Source: a virus (lineage: Duplodnaviria; Caudoviricetes). Taken from it: a stretch of DNA of 35,282 nt. The notes under the pieces are model-generated. The model did no database searches. It saw only the letters and a program-made list of their open reading frames with translations, and was not told the origin of the DNA. The stretch is from IMG/VR virus record IMGVR_UViG_3300027800_000034, positions 1 through 35,282 of that record. One strand, given 5' to 3'. Position numbers and translations under genes: made by a program. Positions 27,205 to 35,157 of the stretch are shown one piece after another; position 1 is the stretch's first letter, and each line of letters opens with the position of its first letter.

Positions 27205-27462
27205 TTAAAACAATGTTAATTGTATACCAGCTGCATTTCCATACATCTTTAATAATTCGTTTTGTTCGTCCAATTCGTCTGGATCTAACTTACGAGCTTT
27301 AATAACTTTTTTGATGTACTTAGGATCAAATCCAGCCGATTTTGCATCAATAAAAACAGTTTTAGTATCAGCAGCAATGGCGGCCATTTCTTCGTTCAAT
27401 TTCTCAACCCGTTCAATTATTGACATGAGCTGTGCATTATCTATTCCAGTTTTATTTTCCAT
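27205..27462 (-). CDS. gapR: GapR / DUF2312-family DNA-binding protein
   Basis: QL.SIIERVE.L.EE...IA.D.K.VF..AKS.GFD.K.IK.VI..RK....E..E....L..Y matches the family pattern. Confidence 0.85.
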   Translation of the reverse strand: MENKTGIDNAQLMSIIERVEKLNEEMAAIAADTKTVFIDAKSAGFDPKYIKKVIKARKLDPDELDEQNELLKMYGNAAGIQLTLF

Positions 27463-28054
27463 TTTTTGTTCCTTTTAATAAATCCCCGATTTGGGTTATT
27501 GGTTGTGGTTTCCCGATTCTTTCTTGATCGGGGGCAATTTTTTCAGCAAATTTATAATCTATGGAAAGCGATAAAGCATTTTCAAGATATCTATTTGCAC
27601 TAGCAACGCTGTAATTCTTAGCATATTGTAGCAGTCCATTGAACCCACCACAATAATTAATCGCTGCCATTTGTCTTGCGTCTAATTCTGGTTTCGGCGC
27701 AATACAATCTCGGGTTGTCATTTCTTCCAAGTATTTTCCCATTTCCTGCAAAAACAATATATCTTTGCTTGATTCTTTCGGCCTGTATTTTTCCCAGTCG
27801 CAGTCCGCGGGCAGTCGTGGAAATTTCAGATCCCCGACTATTTTCTGTAGAACCAGCCCTATATTTTCGGCCGTGAGCCAGTCTTTTTGAACTTCATAGG
27901 TTGATGTACAATAAAAAGCAAACGTCCGAGGATCTGTATTAATAGAGTTTCTGACCAGATACGCGCGCATGGGATTAACAAACCAGCTTGGAACGTTAAT
28001 CTCTATGCCAACCTGCGATTCGGATCTATCAATTGTAAATTCACGTTCTTTCAT
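27452..28054 (-). CDS. Hypothetical replication-associated protein (possible helicase loader)
   Basis: 200 aa directly after the replication protein. KFPRLPAD and AAINYCGGF..L recall lambda-P-position proteins; weak. Confidence 0.4.
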   Translation of the reverse strand: MKEREFTIDRSESQVGIEINVPSWFVNPMRAYLVRNSINTDPRTFAFYCTSTYEVQKDWLTAENIGLVLQKIVGDLKFPRLPADCDWEKYRPKESSKDILFLQEMGKYLEEMTTRDCIAPKPELDARQMAAINYCGGFNGLLQYAKNYSVASANRYLENALSLSIDYKFAEKIAPDQERIGKPQPITQIGDLLKGTKNGK

Positions 28055-28063
28055 TTTATATCC

Positions 28064-28531
28064 TTATAATTCCGGTCCATCAAACCCAACGACACTCAAT
28101 GCCGCGATCACTGATGTGCCGCATAACCCGATTAATTGTTTCTTATAGGATTCAACTGCCTTGAATCTGTCCTGGTTTAACCAGGTTGTCGGGTGTGGGG
28201 TGTATTGTTCTTCGGCCGGATCCTTTCTTACTATTTCATTCCTCAACCTGGCAAACAAAGCTGTGCCGTCAAGTATCTCGGCGGCATTATTCCCCCTGGC
28301 AATGGCCGCAGAAAACGATGCTAATGCGCCTTTCTTATTGATTTTTCTTGGATATAATAACCAAAACTCGGTAAAAGAATCAGATGCCAAGATAACATTG
28401 TTGGTACTATTTTCATTCCACTGGTTGCGCATTCTCTTCACCATTTCCATATCACCCGAATCAAAAGCGTGGAAAAACGCACCGATAAAATTTATAAGTT
28501 CTGACTTTGATAATTTTTCAATACTTTTCAT
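28064..28531 (-). CDS. Phage replication protein (initiator C-terminal-type domain)
   Basis: F.EFW..YPRK..KK.A...F and Y.PHPTTWLNQ.RF motifs. Confidence 0.75.
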   Translation of the reverse strand: MKSIEKLSKSELINFIGAFFHAFDSGDMEMVKRMRNQWNENSTNNVILASDSFTEFWLLYPRKINKKGALASFSAAIARGNNAAEILDGTALFARLRNEIVRKDPAEEQYTPHPTTWLNQDRFKAVESYKKQLIGLCGTSVIAALSVVGFDGPEL

Positions 28532-28542
28532 TTTTATACCTC

Positions 28543-29484
28543 TTATGCAAAGCTTTGTACAACATCGCGCAAGCGTCTCAAATATCTAATATCTTGGTTC
28601 TGTTCTAAATAATCAAGATGGTTTGATGCCTTACGCCATTCTTCGCGCCACCCACAAGCCGATATTTGCAGCGCAAATGAATTATAAATCCGTCTGAATA
28701 ACCATTGATAATCATATCCTTTCTGGATTGATATCTGTTTTACGGTCCGGACGATATCAGCGCGCAAATCTTTCTTATTCCTTATTTCGGCCGAATTTAC
28801 TCGCAAGTCAGCCAATGCCATTCTGTCATAATCACCAGTTCTGCGGGCTTTCTCATAGGCCTCGCGCTCGGCAATGGCCACCGCATCTTTTACGGCAGTT
28901 TCTACGGCCGCCTTGACCAGATCCTGGATCGCCGGCGATAAACCATTGCTTGGCAGAGCTGGTACCTGGGCAATTGATTGTCTTTTGGCAAATTCCCATG
29001 CCGCCCTGGTCTCTTTTACCAAATAATCTCTTACGGCCTCTGCCTCGGGGGTACGTATCATCATACAAATCTTTTTGGCGAACTCAACCCGCAGGTATGC
29101 CGATCTGATTTTTCTCTTTGCTTTATTGCGGCCCACGGCAGCATAAATAGACATATCCCCGATTTCTGCGGTTTTTTTAATATCTACAGTACTGTAGATA
29201 TTAGAAATTCCCCTAATTTCTGCGGGTTTGGTATTATCTGGGTCTATAAAGTCCACTCCGGCGAATCCTTTTAATAGCCATGTGTCTATGTTACGGATTC
29301 TTGCGGTCTTGTTATTGGGCAATATAATATCATGCAACTCATGTGCTAAGATAACCTTTTTACGACACAATGCACCCTCCCACACCATTTCTGGCGAGTC
29401 GGTTCTGATCAAAGCGTCCATATTGTCCAATATAAGTTTGGGCTTGGATTCATCAATCGTTGTTAACTGTTTGTTTTTAGTCAT
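28543..29484 (-). CDS. AntA/AntB-type antirepressor
   Basis: I.AHELH...WL...F...DF and AKKICMM.RT......R.YL motifs, followed by a coiled coil and a helical C-terminal domain. Confidence 0.75.
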   Translation of the reverse strand: MTKNKQLTTIDESKPKLILDNMDALIRTDSPEMVWEGALCRKKVILAHELHDIILPNNKTARIRNIDTWLLKGFAGVDFIDPDNTKPAEIRGISNIYSTVDIKKTAEIGDMSIYAAVGRNKAKRKIRSAYLRVEFAKKICMMIRTPEAEAVRDYLVKETRAAWEFAKRQSIAQVPALPSNGLSPAIQDLVKAAVETAVKDAVAIAEREAYEKARRTGDYDRMALADLRVNSAEIRNKKDLRADIVRTVKQISIQKGYDYQWLFRRIYNSFALQISACGWREEWRKASNHLDYLEQNQDIRYLRRLRDVVQSFA

Positions 29485-29627
29485 TTTTTTATCTCTTTTA
29501 TTGGTCGGGGGTGATAGGTGAGAGAATATGAGAGTTTTCTATCGCCCCCGATGAATTGCCTGGTATTCGGCAAGCCTGCCAGGCCAGGATTACAACGCGC
29601 GGTGAGTGCCGCACTGCCGAATCCGAG

Positions 29628-29909
29628 TTAACTGTACGTCTGATGGTTGATTATGCATTTATCTGAGCAAAAGTCACCATCATCAATTTGTGTCATGCTG
29701 TCCGACAGGAAATAGTCGCCGCAGTATCTGCATTTGCTAAGCTTGTCGTGTCGCCAGTCTATTATCCCAACTGCAACATCAGCCATTACGGGATTTTTGG
29801 TTTCATTAATCCGATCAGCCAGATACTCTATGCAGGATTTTAGCTCTGCTTGACTTGGTATATGCCCGATCACGTCTTTGATTTCATTAATAAGTATTGC
29901 TTTTATCAT
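29628..29909 (-). CDS. Hypothetical protein with a C-terminal zinc-binding motif
   Basis: CRYC-x(15)-FCSDKC-type four-Cys motif; AAGGA RBS. Confidence 0.7.
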   Translation of the reverse strand: MIKAILINEIKDVIGHIPSQAELKSCIEYLADRINETKNPVMADVAVGIIDWRHDKLSKCRYCGDYFLSDSMTQIDDGDFCSDKCIINHQTYS

Positions 29910-29921
29910 TTTATAATCCTT

Positions 29922-30200
29922 TTATTTACAGATTCTTACTGCTCTATTATGTGATACCTTACCGTCAAGTATGCCCATACAAGAGCAAGATGCATTGGTG
30001 GTACAACCTTTGTACAGTCCTATACAATCTTCACCAAAGTTTTCACATCTATATTCTGCACTGGTAAAGTATTTAATAGGATTTGCATAGTCGCCGGATC
30101 TGGTCCGTTCTGGTGCCAAGATATACGCAACCAAACATATAGCAGCGCAACCCACCACAGCGGCAGTGATGATATTAGGGATTATTGTGTTTTTAGTCAT
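29922..30200 (-). CDS. Membrane-anchored Cys-rich protein, first gene of the early operon
   Basis: Likely start is the ATG at 30200 (MTKNT). One N-terminal TM, then six Cys in the C-terminal ~45 aa. Confidence 0.7.
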   Translation of the reverse strand: MTKNTIIPNIITAAVVGCAAICLVAYILAPERTRSGDYANPIKYFTSAEYRCENFGEDCIGLYKGCTTNASCSCMGILDGKVSHNRAVRICK

Positions 30201-30255
30201 GGTTTTCTCTTTTGTTTTGTTGTTCCTGTGCGCTTTTCGCACATTCTTACTGTAT

Positions 30256-30284
30256 ATGTTAAATTATTTTAACTTACTTGTCAA
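30256..30284 (-). promoter_or_regulatory. Early sigma70-type promoter with a palindromic operator (30258-30273)
   Basis: TTGACA-N17-TAACAT with an AT-rich UP region. GTTAAAATAATTTAAC sits in the same register as the operator at 26954-26969. Confidence 0.75.
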
Positions 30285-30507
30285 GCGATTATTTAATTTT
30301 TTTTGAGGGTAAAAAATCCCCGATATCTAAGGCATATAGAGCAAGGGTAAAAGAGGGTATGATTTTGGGCCTGGGCTGGGGGCGGTGGGTGTGCGAATCG
30401 GGCGAAGTTAACAAACTACTTTAACTTAGTATAGACAACCATCTGGGACACTGGACAGTATTATACTTATACGGATATTATATTAACGTTTCCGTATAAC
30501 TTTGTTC

Positions 30508-30536
30508 TTGCTATTTATGGGTATATTTGATATGGT
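30508..30536 (+). promoter_or_regulatory. Plus-strand sigma70-type promoter
   Basis: TTGCTA-N17-TATGGT with an extended -10 TGn. Confidence 0.55.
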
Positions 30537-30542
30537 TTGTGG

Positions 30543-30611
30543 GTAAGGGTCACTACAAAGTGATTTTTTCATAAAACCTCCCACCCTGGTGTCGCTGGCA
30601 CTAGGGTTTTT
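30543..30611 (+). ncRNA. Putative small antisense RNA (~70 nt)
   Basis: Promoter upstream; hairpin GTCACT/AGTGAT; single-stranded TTTTTCATAAAACCTCC; terminator hairpin ACCCTGGTGTC-GCT-GGCACTAGGGT plus T-tract, whose G-U pairs form only on the plus strand. Confidence 0.55.
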
Positions 30612-30615
30612 ATAT

Positions 30616-30646
30616 AAAGAAAAGGGCCGATCTTGTGAACCGGCCC
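30616..30646 (-). terminator. Intrinsic terminator ending the fibre (late) operon
   Basis: GGGCCGGT-TCACAAG-ATCGGCCC-TTTTCTTT on the minus strand, about 20 nt after the stop at 30667. Confidence 0.85.
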
Positions 30647-30666
30647 CAACATTCTATTGTTTCTTA

Positions 30667-32031
30667 TTATGGTAATACAAATGGTAAGTTCTCACCCAGG
30701 AACCCACAGATGATTTTATCCGTTGACGTTCCAACAAACGTTAATGTGTATGTGTCGCCAGCCCCAGCAATAGATGGGGTTATTGGATTCCCGTTTGTCT
30801 TGTCATAGCAATACCAAACATCAGTATCAAGTCCTTCGGTATTTGTTAATGCGCGATTTAATTTACATATAATCTCTGTGCCGCTTGACGCATATTGATT
30901 GATTACCTTTGTTCCAAGACGCATAATAGAATTTACCACAAACGACATTTGGGCAACTTTATCCACTACAAGGAAGTTTCCAAGCGCGCCTTCTTGATTT
31001 AATCCATTACCATCAAATTGTGGAACATATTCGGTCGCGATAGTAAATTCTTCGCTAGGATATACCACACCATCAACAGTCACATTTCTTTTATCCCAAG
31101 TCCCCGCGTCATCAACTGGTAATTCTGTATATCCAGTCCAAGAACATATTAAATTATTCGGGTCGGTCATATCTGCTATTTCGCCATTAAATACATCGCC
31201 GGTATTTGGAAGCGTAAATTGAACCGCGTCCCCAACTTCGGCTGTTATATTTCCGGGTTTATTGTTAATACTTACACTTGTTAAGCTGAAAGGTGGATTT
31301 TCTGGTGCTGACAATATTGTTGGTTGATTGTATAATGAATAATATCCATATATCATTTCAAGATGCTGCCCAAAATTAACAGCGTCTGTTGGACTTAAAC
31401 CAGCATCTATCCCCGTCACACGATGAAAATTAAAGCTCAATAAGCTATCATCGTCAAGGGTTAATAAAGTTGATATGTTTCCAACGCCACCATCGCTTCC
31501 CGGATTAAAATTATTTATTGTCAGCTGAAATTCAACTGCGATTGGCGTGGCATTTTGGATTGCTGCATAATCGCCGTAGATAGTTTCGTCAATATCCACA
31601 TATCCCAGAGCTTCTACATACGCCGCAATACTGGCAATTCTTGTGAATGTAATTTTAGGCGCAAGTTCCCCAATAAATCCATTTGGTATTGGATAGGGTT
31701 CATTTAATTGTAATCCCCAAATATAACCATCTGCTTGGACGTATAAAAACGCACAAGTAAGTAATGTAGGTTCTGTAAGTGAATTTGATGTTATTGATAA
31801 ACTTCCAGAAACAAATGCAGGTTCTGCTGGCGATGTATCGGCTTTATAAAGCCCGTCCCCAGCTACAAATAAAGGTACTTGCTGTGCTGCTGCCGTTGCA
31901 CTATAAATTATAGAGTCTGTTATATTGTTTTGAACTTCCCGTAACTTTGCCGGTGTGATAAAACCCGAGGTATTATCTTTTAAGTTCGCAGCTATCAAAG
32001 CTTGTAACTGAGATCTGTCTTGATTTGCCAT
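30667..32031 (-). CDS. Virion fibre / adhesin-like protein
   Basis: 454 aa, acidic and beta-rich. N-terminal QL..LI..NL.DNTSG.ITP..LR anchor-like motif; internal VTGI.AG...TDAVN..Q (YadA-type stalk/neck motif). Confidence 0.6.
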   Translation of the reverse strand: MANQDRSQLQALIAANLKDNTSGFITPAKLREVQNNITDSIIYSATAAAQQVPLFVAGDGLYKADTSPAEPAFVSGSLSITSNSLTEPTLLTCAFLYVQADGYIWGLQLNEPYPIPNGFIGELAPKITFTRIASIAAYVEALGYVDIDETIYGDYAAIQNATPIAVEFQLTINNFNPGSDGGVGNISTLLTLDDDSLLSFNFHRVTGIDAGLSPTDAVNFGQHLEMIYGYYSLYNQPTILSAPENPPFSLTSVSINNKPGNITAEVGDAVQFTLPNTGDVFNGEIADMTDPNNLICSWTGYTELPVDDAGTWDKRNVTVDGVVYPSEEFTIATEYVPQFDGNGLNQEGALGNFLVVDKVAQMSFVVNSIMRLGTKVINQYASSGTEIICKLNRALTNTEGLDTDVWYCYDKTNGNPITPSIAGAGDTYTLTFVGTSTDKIICGFLGENLPFVLP

Positions 32032-32042
32032 TGTTTTTCCTT

Positions 32043-32177
32043 TTATATTAAAAAGCCCACATCAAAACCAATTGAGAAAGCCCCACCTGTAGGTGGTGTT
32101 GGTGAAGATGTGATCGTCAGTCCTTTGTATAACAAAAGACTTTCTTTAATTATTAAGCTTTTGGTTGTTATTTCCAT
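32043..32177 (-). CDS. Small protein, 44 aa (MEITTKSLIIKESLLLYKGLTITSSPTPPTGGAFSIGFDVGFLI), not in the ORF track
   Basis: TAATG-coupled to the upstream gene and fills the gap. Ends in a GAFS.GF..GF motif. Confidence 0.7.
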   Translation of the reverse strand: MEITTKSLIIKESLLLYKGLTITSSPTPPTGGAFSIGFDVGFLI

Positions 32178-32467
32178 TATGCTATATCGCCTCGTTCTGA
32201 TAATACATAGTTGATTGTTTCAATTACTGGTGCAGTACCAACAAAAGCAATAAATCTTGGCAATGTATGGAAAGAATAGTATCCAGGATCTGTAATCGGA
32301 TCCGATTCGGTTGGTGCCCGAACGTCCGTCATATCAGATATGCTGGCCGGTTTTGATTCTGATCCATATATTTTTACGCTCAAGCTTTCCCCGGCCAAAC
32401 GAATTGCAACCAAGTCGCTGCGTCTGGAAATACTTGCTTCGTATAGTTTCCCTGTTTGATAAGACAT
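32177..32467 (-). CDS. Small beta-rich structural-region protein
   Basis: 96 aa with an AGGAG RBS, within the fibre operon. Confidence 0.7.
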   Translation of the reverse strand: MSYQTGKLYEASISRRSDLVAIRLAGESLSVKIYGSESKPASISDMTDVRAPTESDPITDPGYYSFHTLPRFIAFVGTAPVIETINYVLSERGDIA

Positions 32468-32486
32468 TTTTTACTCCTGTGTTTTG

Positions 32487-32774
32487 TTATTTTTCAAGTT
32501 CTCTGATTTTTTGTCTCAAAGATTGACGTTCTTTTTTTATAGGTGCCCATTCATCACTAGTGTATTCGCCATCAATATATTTCTGCCCTTTGTAATCCAT
32601 AGCAGCAAGCTGGGCCTTAAATTCGGCAATTTTTTCTTCTGCAGTTGGAATATGTTCTGGATCCTTAACTGCTTCTAAATACTTTCCATTATCTTCTATG
32701 TGACAGTTATTGTCATTACAATAGGCAGCCAGATCTGCTCGTTGTTTTCTTGTAAATGGTTTATTTAGTATCAT
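32487..32774 (-). CDS. Putative fibre assembly chaperone
   Basis: 95 aa directly after the fibre gene. PT.EE.I...K..L...DY...K and RQ.LR.KIRELE resemble fibre-chaperone C-termini. Confidence 0.6.
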   Translation of the reverse strand: MILNKPFTRKQRADLAAYCNDNNCHIEDNGKYLEAVKDPEHIPTAEEKIAEFKAQLAAMDYKGQKYIDGEYTSDEWAPIKKERQSLRQKIRELEK

Positions 32775-32790
32775 GGTTTTTTCCTTTTTA

Positions 32791-35157
32791 TTATGCCGCC
32801 ATACCTTTGACTTGCCATACTGTATTAGTCACCCAGTATGCGTGTGAAGCATTAGCCGCAGCAGTCCCATATATATCAGCACAAGATGTAAATCCAGTTG
32901 CGTTTCTTGCTGCATTCAAATTATACCAATTAGACGTAGCAGGACTTCTTGCTTCCCAATAATAATCACCATTAGCCATTTCAACTGGGAAGTCTACCGA
33001 TGAGGAATTGCCCGATAAAATTCCACCTTGTTCAACCCAACCAGATTTATATAATCTATACCATGTAGTACCATTTATATAAGATTCAACCACATAATCA
33101 CCATCGGTTGTGTCTGGTGCTCCCTCTTCCCAAGTAAATTCTGAAAATGATCCATCGGTTGGCACAGTATAATAGCGAACATATCCATCTATATCATTTC
33201 CGACTAATGCCCAACGTCCTTTACCTAATGGTGTTTCTATTAAAGAGGCGCTAGCGGTATCTAAATCACCAGTTGTTGCAAATTTTCCATAGTAATTTAT
33301 ACCAAGAATTAAATTGTTTGTGCCAGTTGCATAATTATATGGAATAACTTTAAATGCACTACTAGTGGTACTACCACGAATTAAGTCGGTTGATTTAACA
33401 AACATTTGTAATACTGCATAATCTGCGGCTTCACGAGATACTTCAATATTATTAATATATAATTGGCTTTCCGTCGCGCCCGCTGCGTTTATATAACCAA
33501 CTAACAACCCATCATATCCAATTGCAACATTAGATGTTGTCACTGAAATTGCTTGTGCGTCTGTCCAATCTACTCCTTGTATCGCGTCCCTCATACTTGC
33601 GAAATCGTCATTACTCCAAGTTGATGGTTTATCTAATTTACTATGTAATTCTGATAAAACATTCGCTGCAGTAATTTGGCTTGCTGTCTGTGGACTTACT
33701 TCTGCCCCAACGTAAAACATAACTCGCATTTGGATTTGATCCCCACGAACAACCGTTGTAGAATCACGTCCATAGGCCGCATTTGAATTAGAGGCATCTA
33801 TTTTAACTCTATTATCTTGACCAGCGGACACATTATTGCCATCAATATTTACGCAAGTTCCACTATTATCCAGTTCTATACAGCCAGTTTCATTCAAAAC
33901 GCGCGCGTATCCCGTAGCGTCCAGTGTATATATTTGGAAAGATCCTGCTATATTTGGTGCGGCATTTTGTACTACTGCTCCGACATTTGCTAAAGAACCA
34001 GCTGCTGTAAATCCGTATCCACGAGGTATATTTGGAACTATAACTTTATCTGTCACTGAATCGTATACCCAAAATGGAACTGCATTATCTGGGTTTGCTG
34101 CGTATGCCGCGTCCCAAGCTGCCTCAGTTCCAGATGGGATTAACCCACCAGTTATATAATCTACTAAATTTGCATAATTTGTTGATGCATTACCCAATTC
34201 TTGTTTCCCAACATCACCCCATACCCAGGCGGCATTTGGTAAAGAATTATAAAGATTCAACATTCCAAATCCAGGAAGAAGAGAAGCACCACTGATATTA
34301 GCAAGATAATCTTCAATGGCTTTGACATTAGGATAGTCAGTTTCACTGCCAGTATTGTCTGGTATGCTGCTAACTTTATTTACAGTTTCTTCTAGCCCCG
34401 TCACAATCCCAGTTTGTCCATTCACCGAAACAACCAAATCCGTGTTATCAATTTTTTGTATAATCCCAGAGTCATTGTAAACCAACCAGTCAGATACTTG
34501 CCAATCAATGCTAAATTGTGTACCGGCAACACTTACAATGTAGACTTCACCAGCTTTTGTTGGATCATTATCTGTTAGAGCTGGGGTGTTTGTTGTGGCA
34601 TTCCAAGTGCCCTTGTACTTCAGAGCAGCAATTGGCATTCTGTCTAAGGGAACTTTTGTATTGCTATCTAATTCACAATATCCACCAGCAACACCCTTAT
34701 TAGCTTTATCTTCTTTGTCTGTTTGTAAATCTGTTATATCCCCAACAACGTCATCAATTTGATCTTGTAAATCTTCTTCAATGCCGATGGCACGTTCTTC
34801 TTCGGTTTTTAATGCTGCGTCAAGTTCACGAATAGCATCATCTATATTGTCGGCCGTGATATAATTTGTTCCAGTTGGATCAAATCCAATTTCTTGCTGT
34901 GTCATTTTTATTGATACAGTTTGATTTGTTCTGACAATTACACCCAGTTGATATGTGGATATTACAGAATTATCATTGGGATCGTATTGTACAGCTATGA
35001 TGATATCATGCAGTTGCACATCGCCTGCAATCTCGTTGAAATATCCATCAGATAACAAATCTTCTTTGGTATCTTTGGTTTTATACAAGAATATGCCGGC
35101 CTTTGGTTGATCTCTATTATTGGAAGCAACATGGCACCAGCGAGTTTTTGCGAACAT
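32791..35157 (-). CDS. Long virion fibre protein
   Basis: 788 aa. Coiled coil; KGVAGGY..LD..KVP...P and YKGTWNA.TNTP.L modules; VSVNGQTG.V; collar-like APNI.GSF...IDAS.SN..YG; C-terminal WYRLYKSGWVEQGG...FP...W.VKG domain. Confidence 0.85.
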   Translation of the reverse strand: MFAKTRWCHVASNNRDQPKAGIFLYKTKDTKEDLLSDGYFNEIAGDVQLHDIIIAVQYDPNDNSVISTYQLGVIVRTNQTVSIKMTQQEIGFDPTGTNYITADNIDDAIRELDAALKTEEERAIGIEEDLQDQIDDVVGDITDLQTDKEDKANKGVAGGYCELDSNTKVPLDRMPIAALKYKGTWNATTNTPALTDNDPTKAGEVYIVSVAGTQFSIDWQVSDWLVYNDSGIIQKIDNTDLVVSVNGQTGIVTGLEETVNKVSSIPDNTGSETDYPNVKAIEDYLANISGASLLPGFGMLNLYNSLPNAAWVWGDVGKQELGNASTNYANLVDYITGGLIPSGTEAAWDAAYAANPDNAVPFWVYDSVTDKVIVPNIPRGYGFTAAGSLANVGAVVQNAAPNIAGSFQIYTLDATGYARVLNETGCIELDNSGTCVNIDGNNVSAGQDNRVKIDASNSNAAYGRDSTTVVRGDQIQMRVMFYVGAEVSPQTASQITAANVLSELHSKLDKPSTWSNDDFASMRDAIQGVDWTDAQAISVTTSNVAIGYDGLLVGYINAAGATESQLYINNIEVSREAADYAVLQMFVKSTDLIRGSTTSSAFKVIPYNYATGTNNLILGINYYGKFATTGDLDTASASLIETPLGKGRWALVGNDIDGYVRYYTVPTDGSFSEFTWEEGAPDTTDGDYVVESYINGTTWYRLYKSGWVEQGGILSGNSSSVDFPVEMANGDYYWEARSPATSNWYNLNAARNATGFTSCADIYGTAAANASHAYWVTNTVWQVKGMAA

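Noticed and set aside
97-34703. Plus-strand ORFs and short nested minus-strand ORFs in the ORF track
   Set aside because: They overlap well-supported minus-strand genes, show no recognisable motifs and read as antisense shadows.
32791-35157. Diversity-generating retroelement or shufflon acting on the fibre (BPP-1-like head/tail module)
   Set aside because: I saw no reverse transcriptase, recombinase, or duplicated template/variable repeat or inverted cassette anywhere in the genome.
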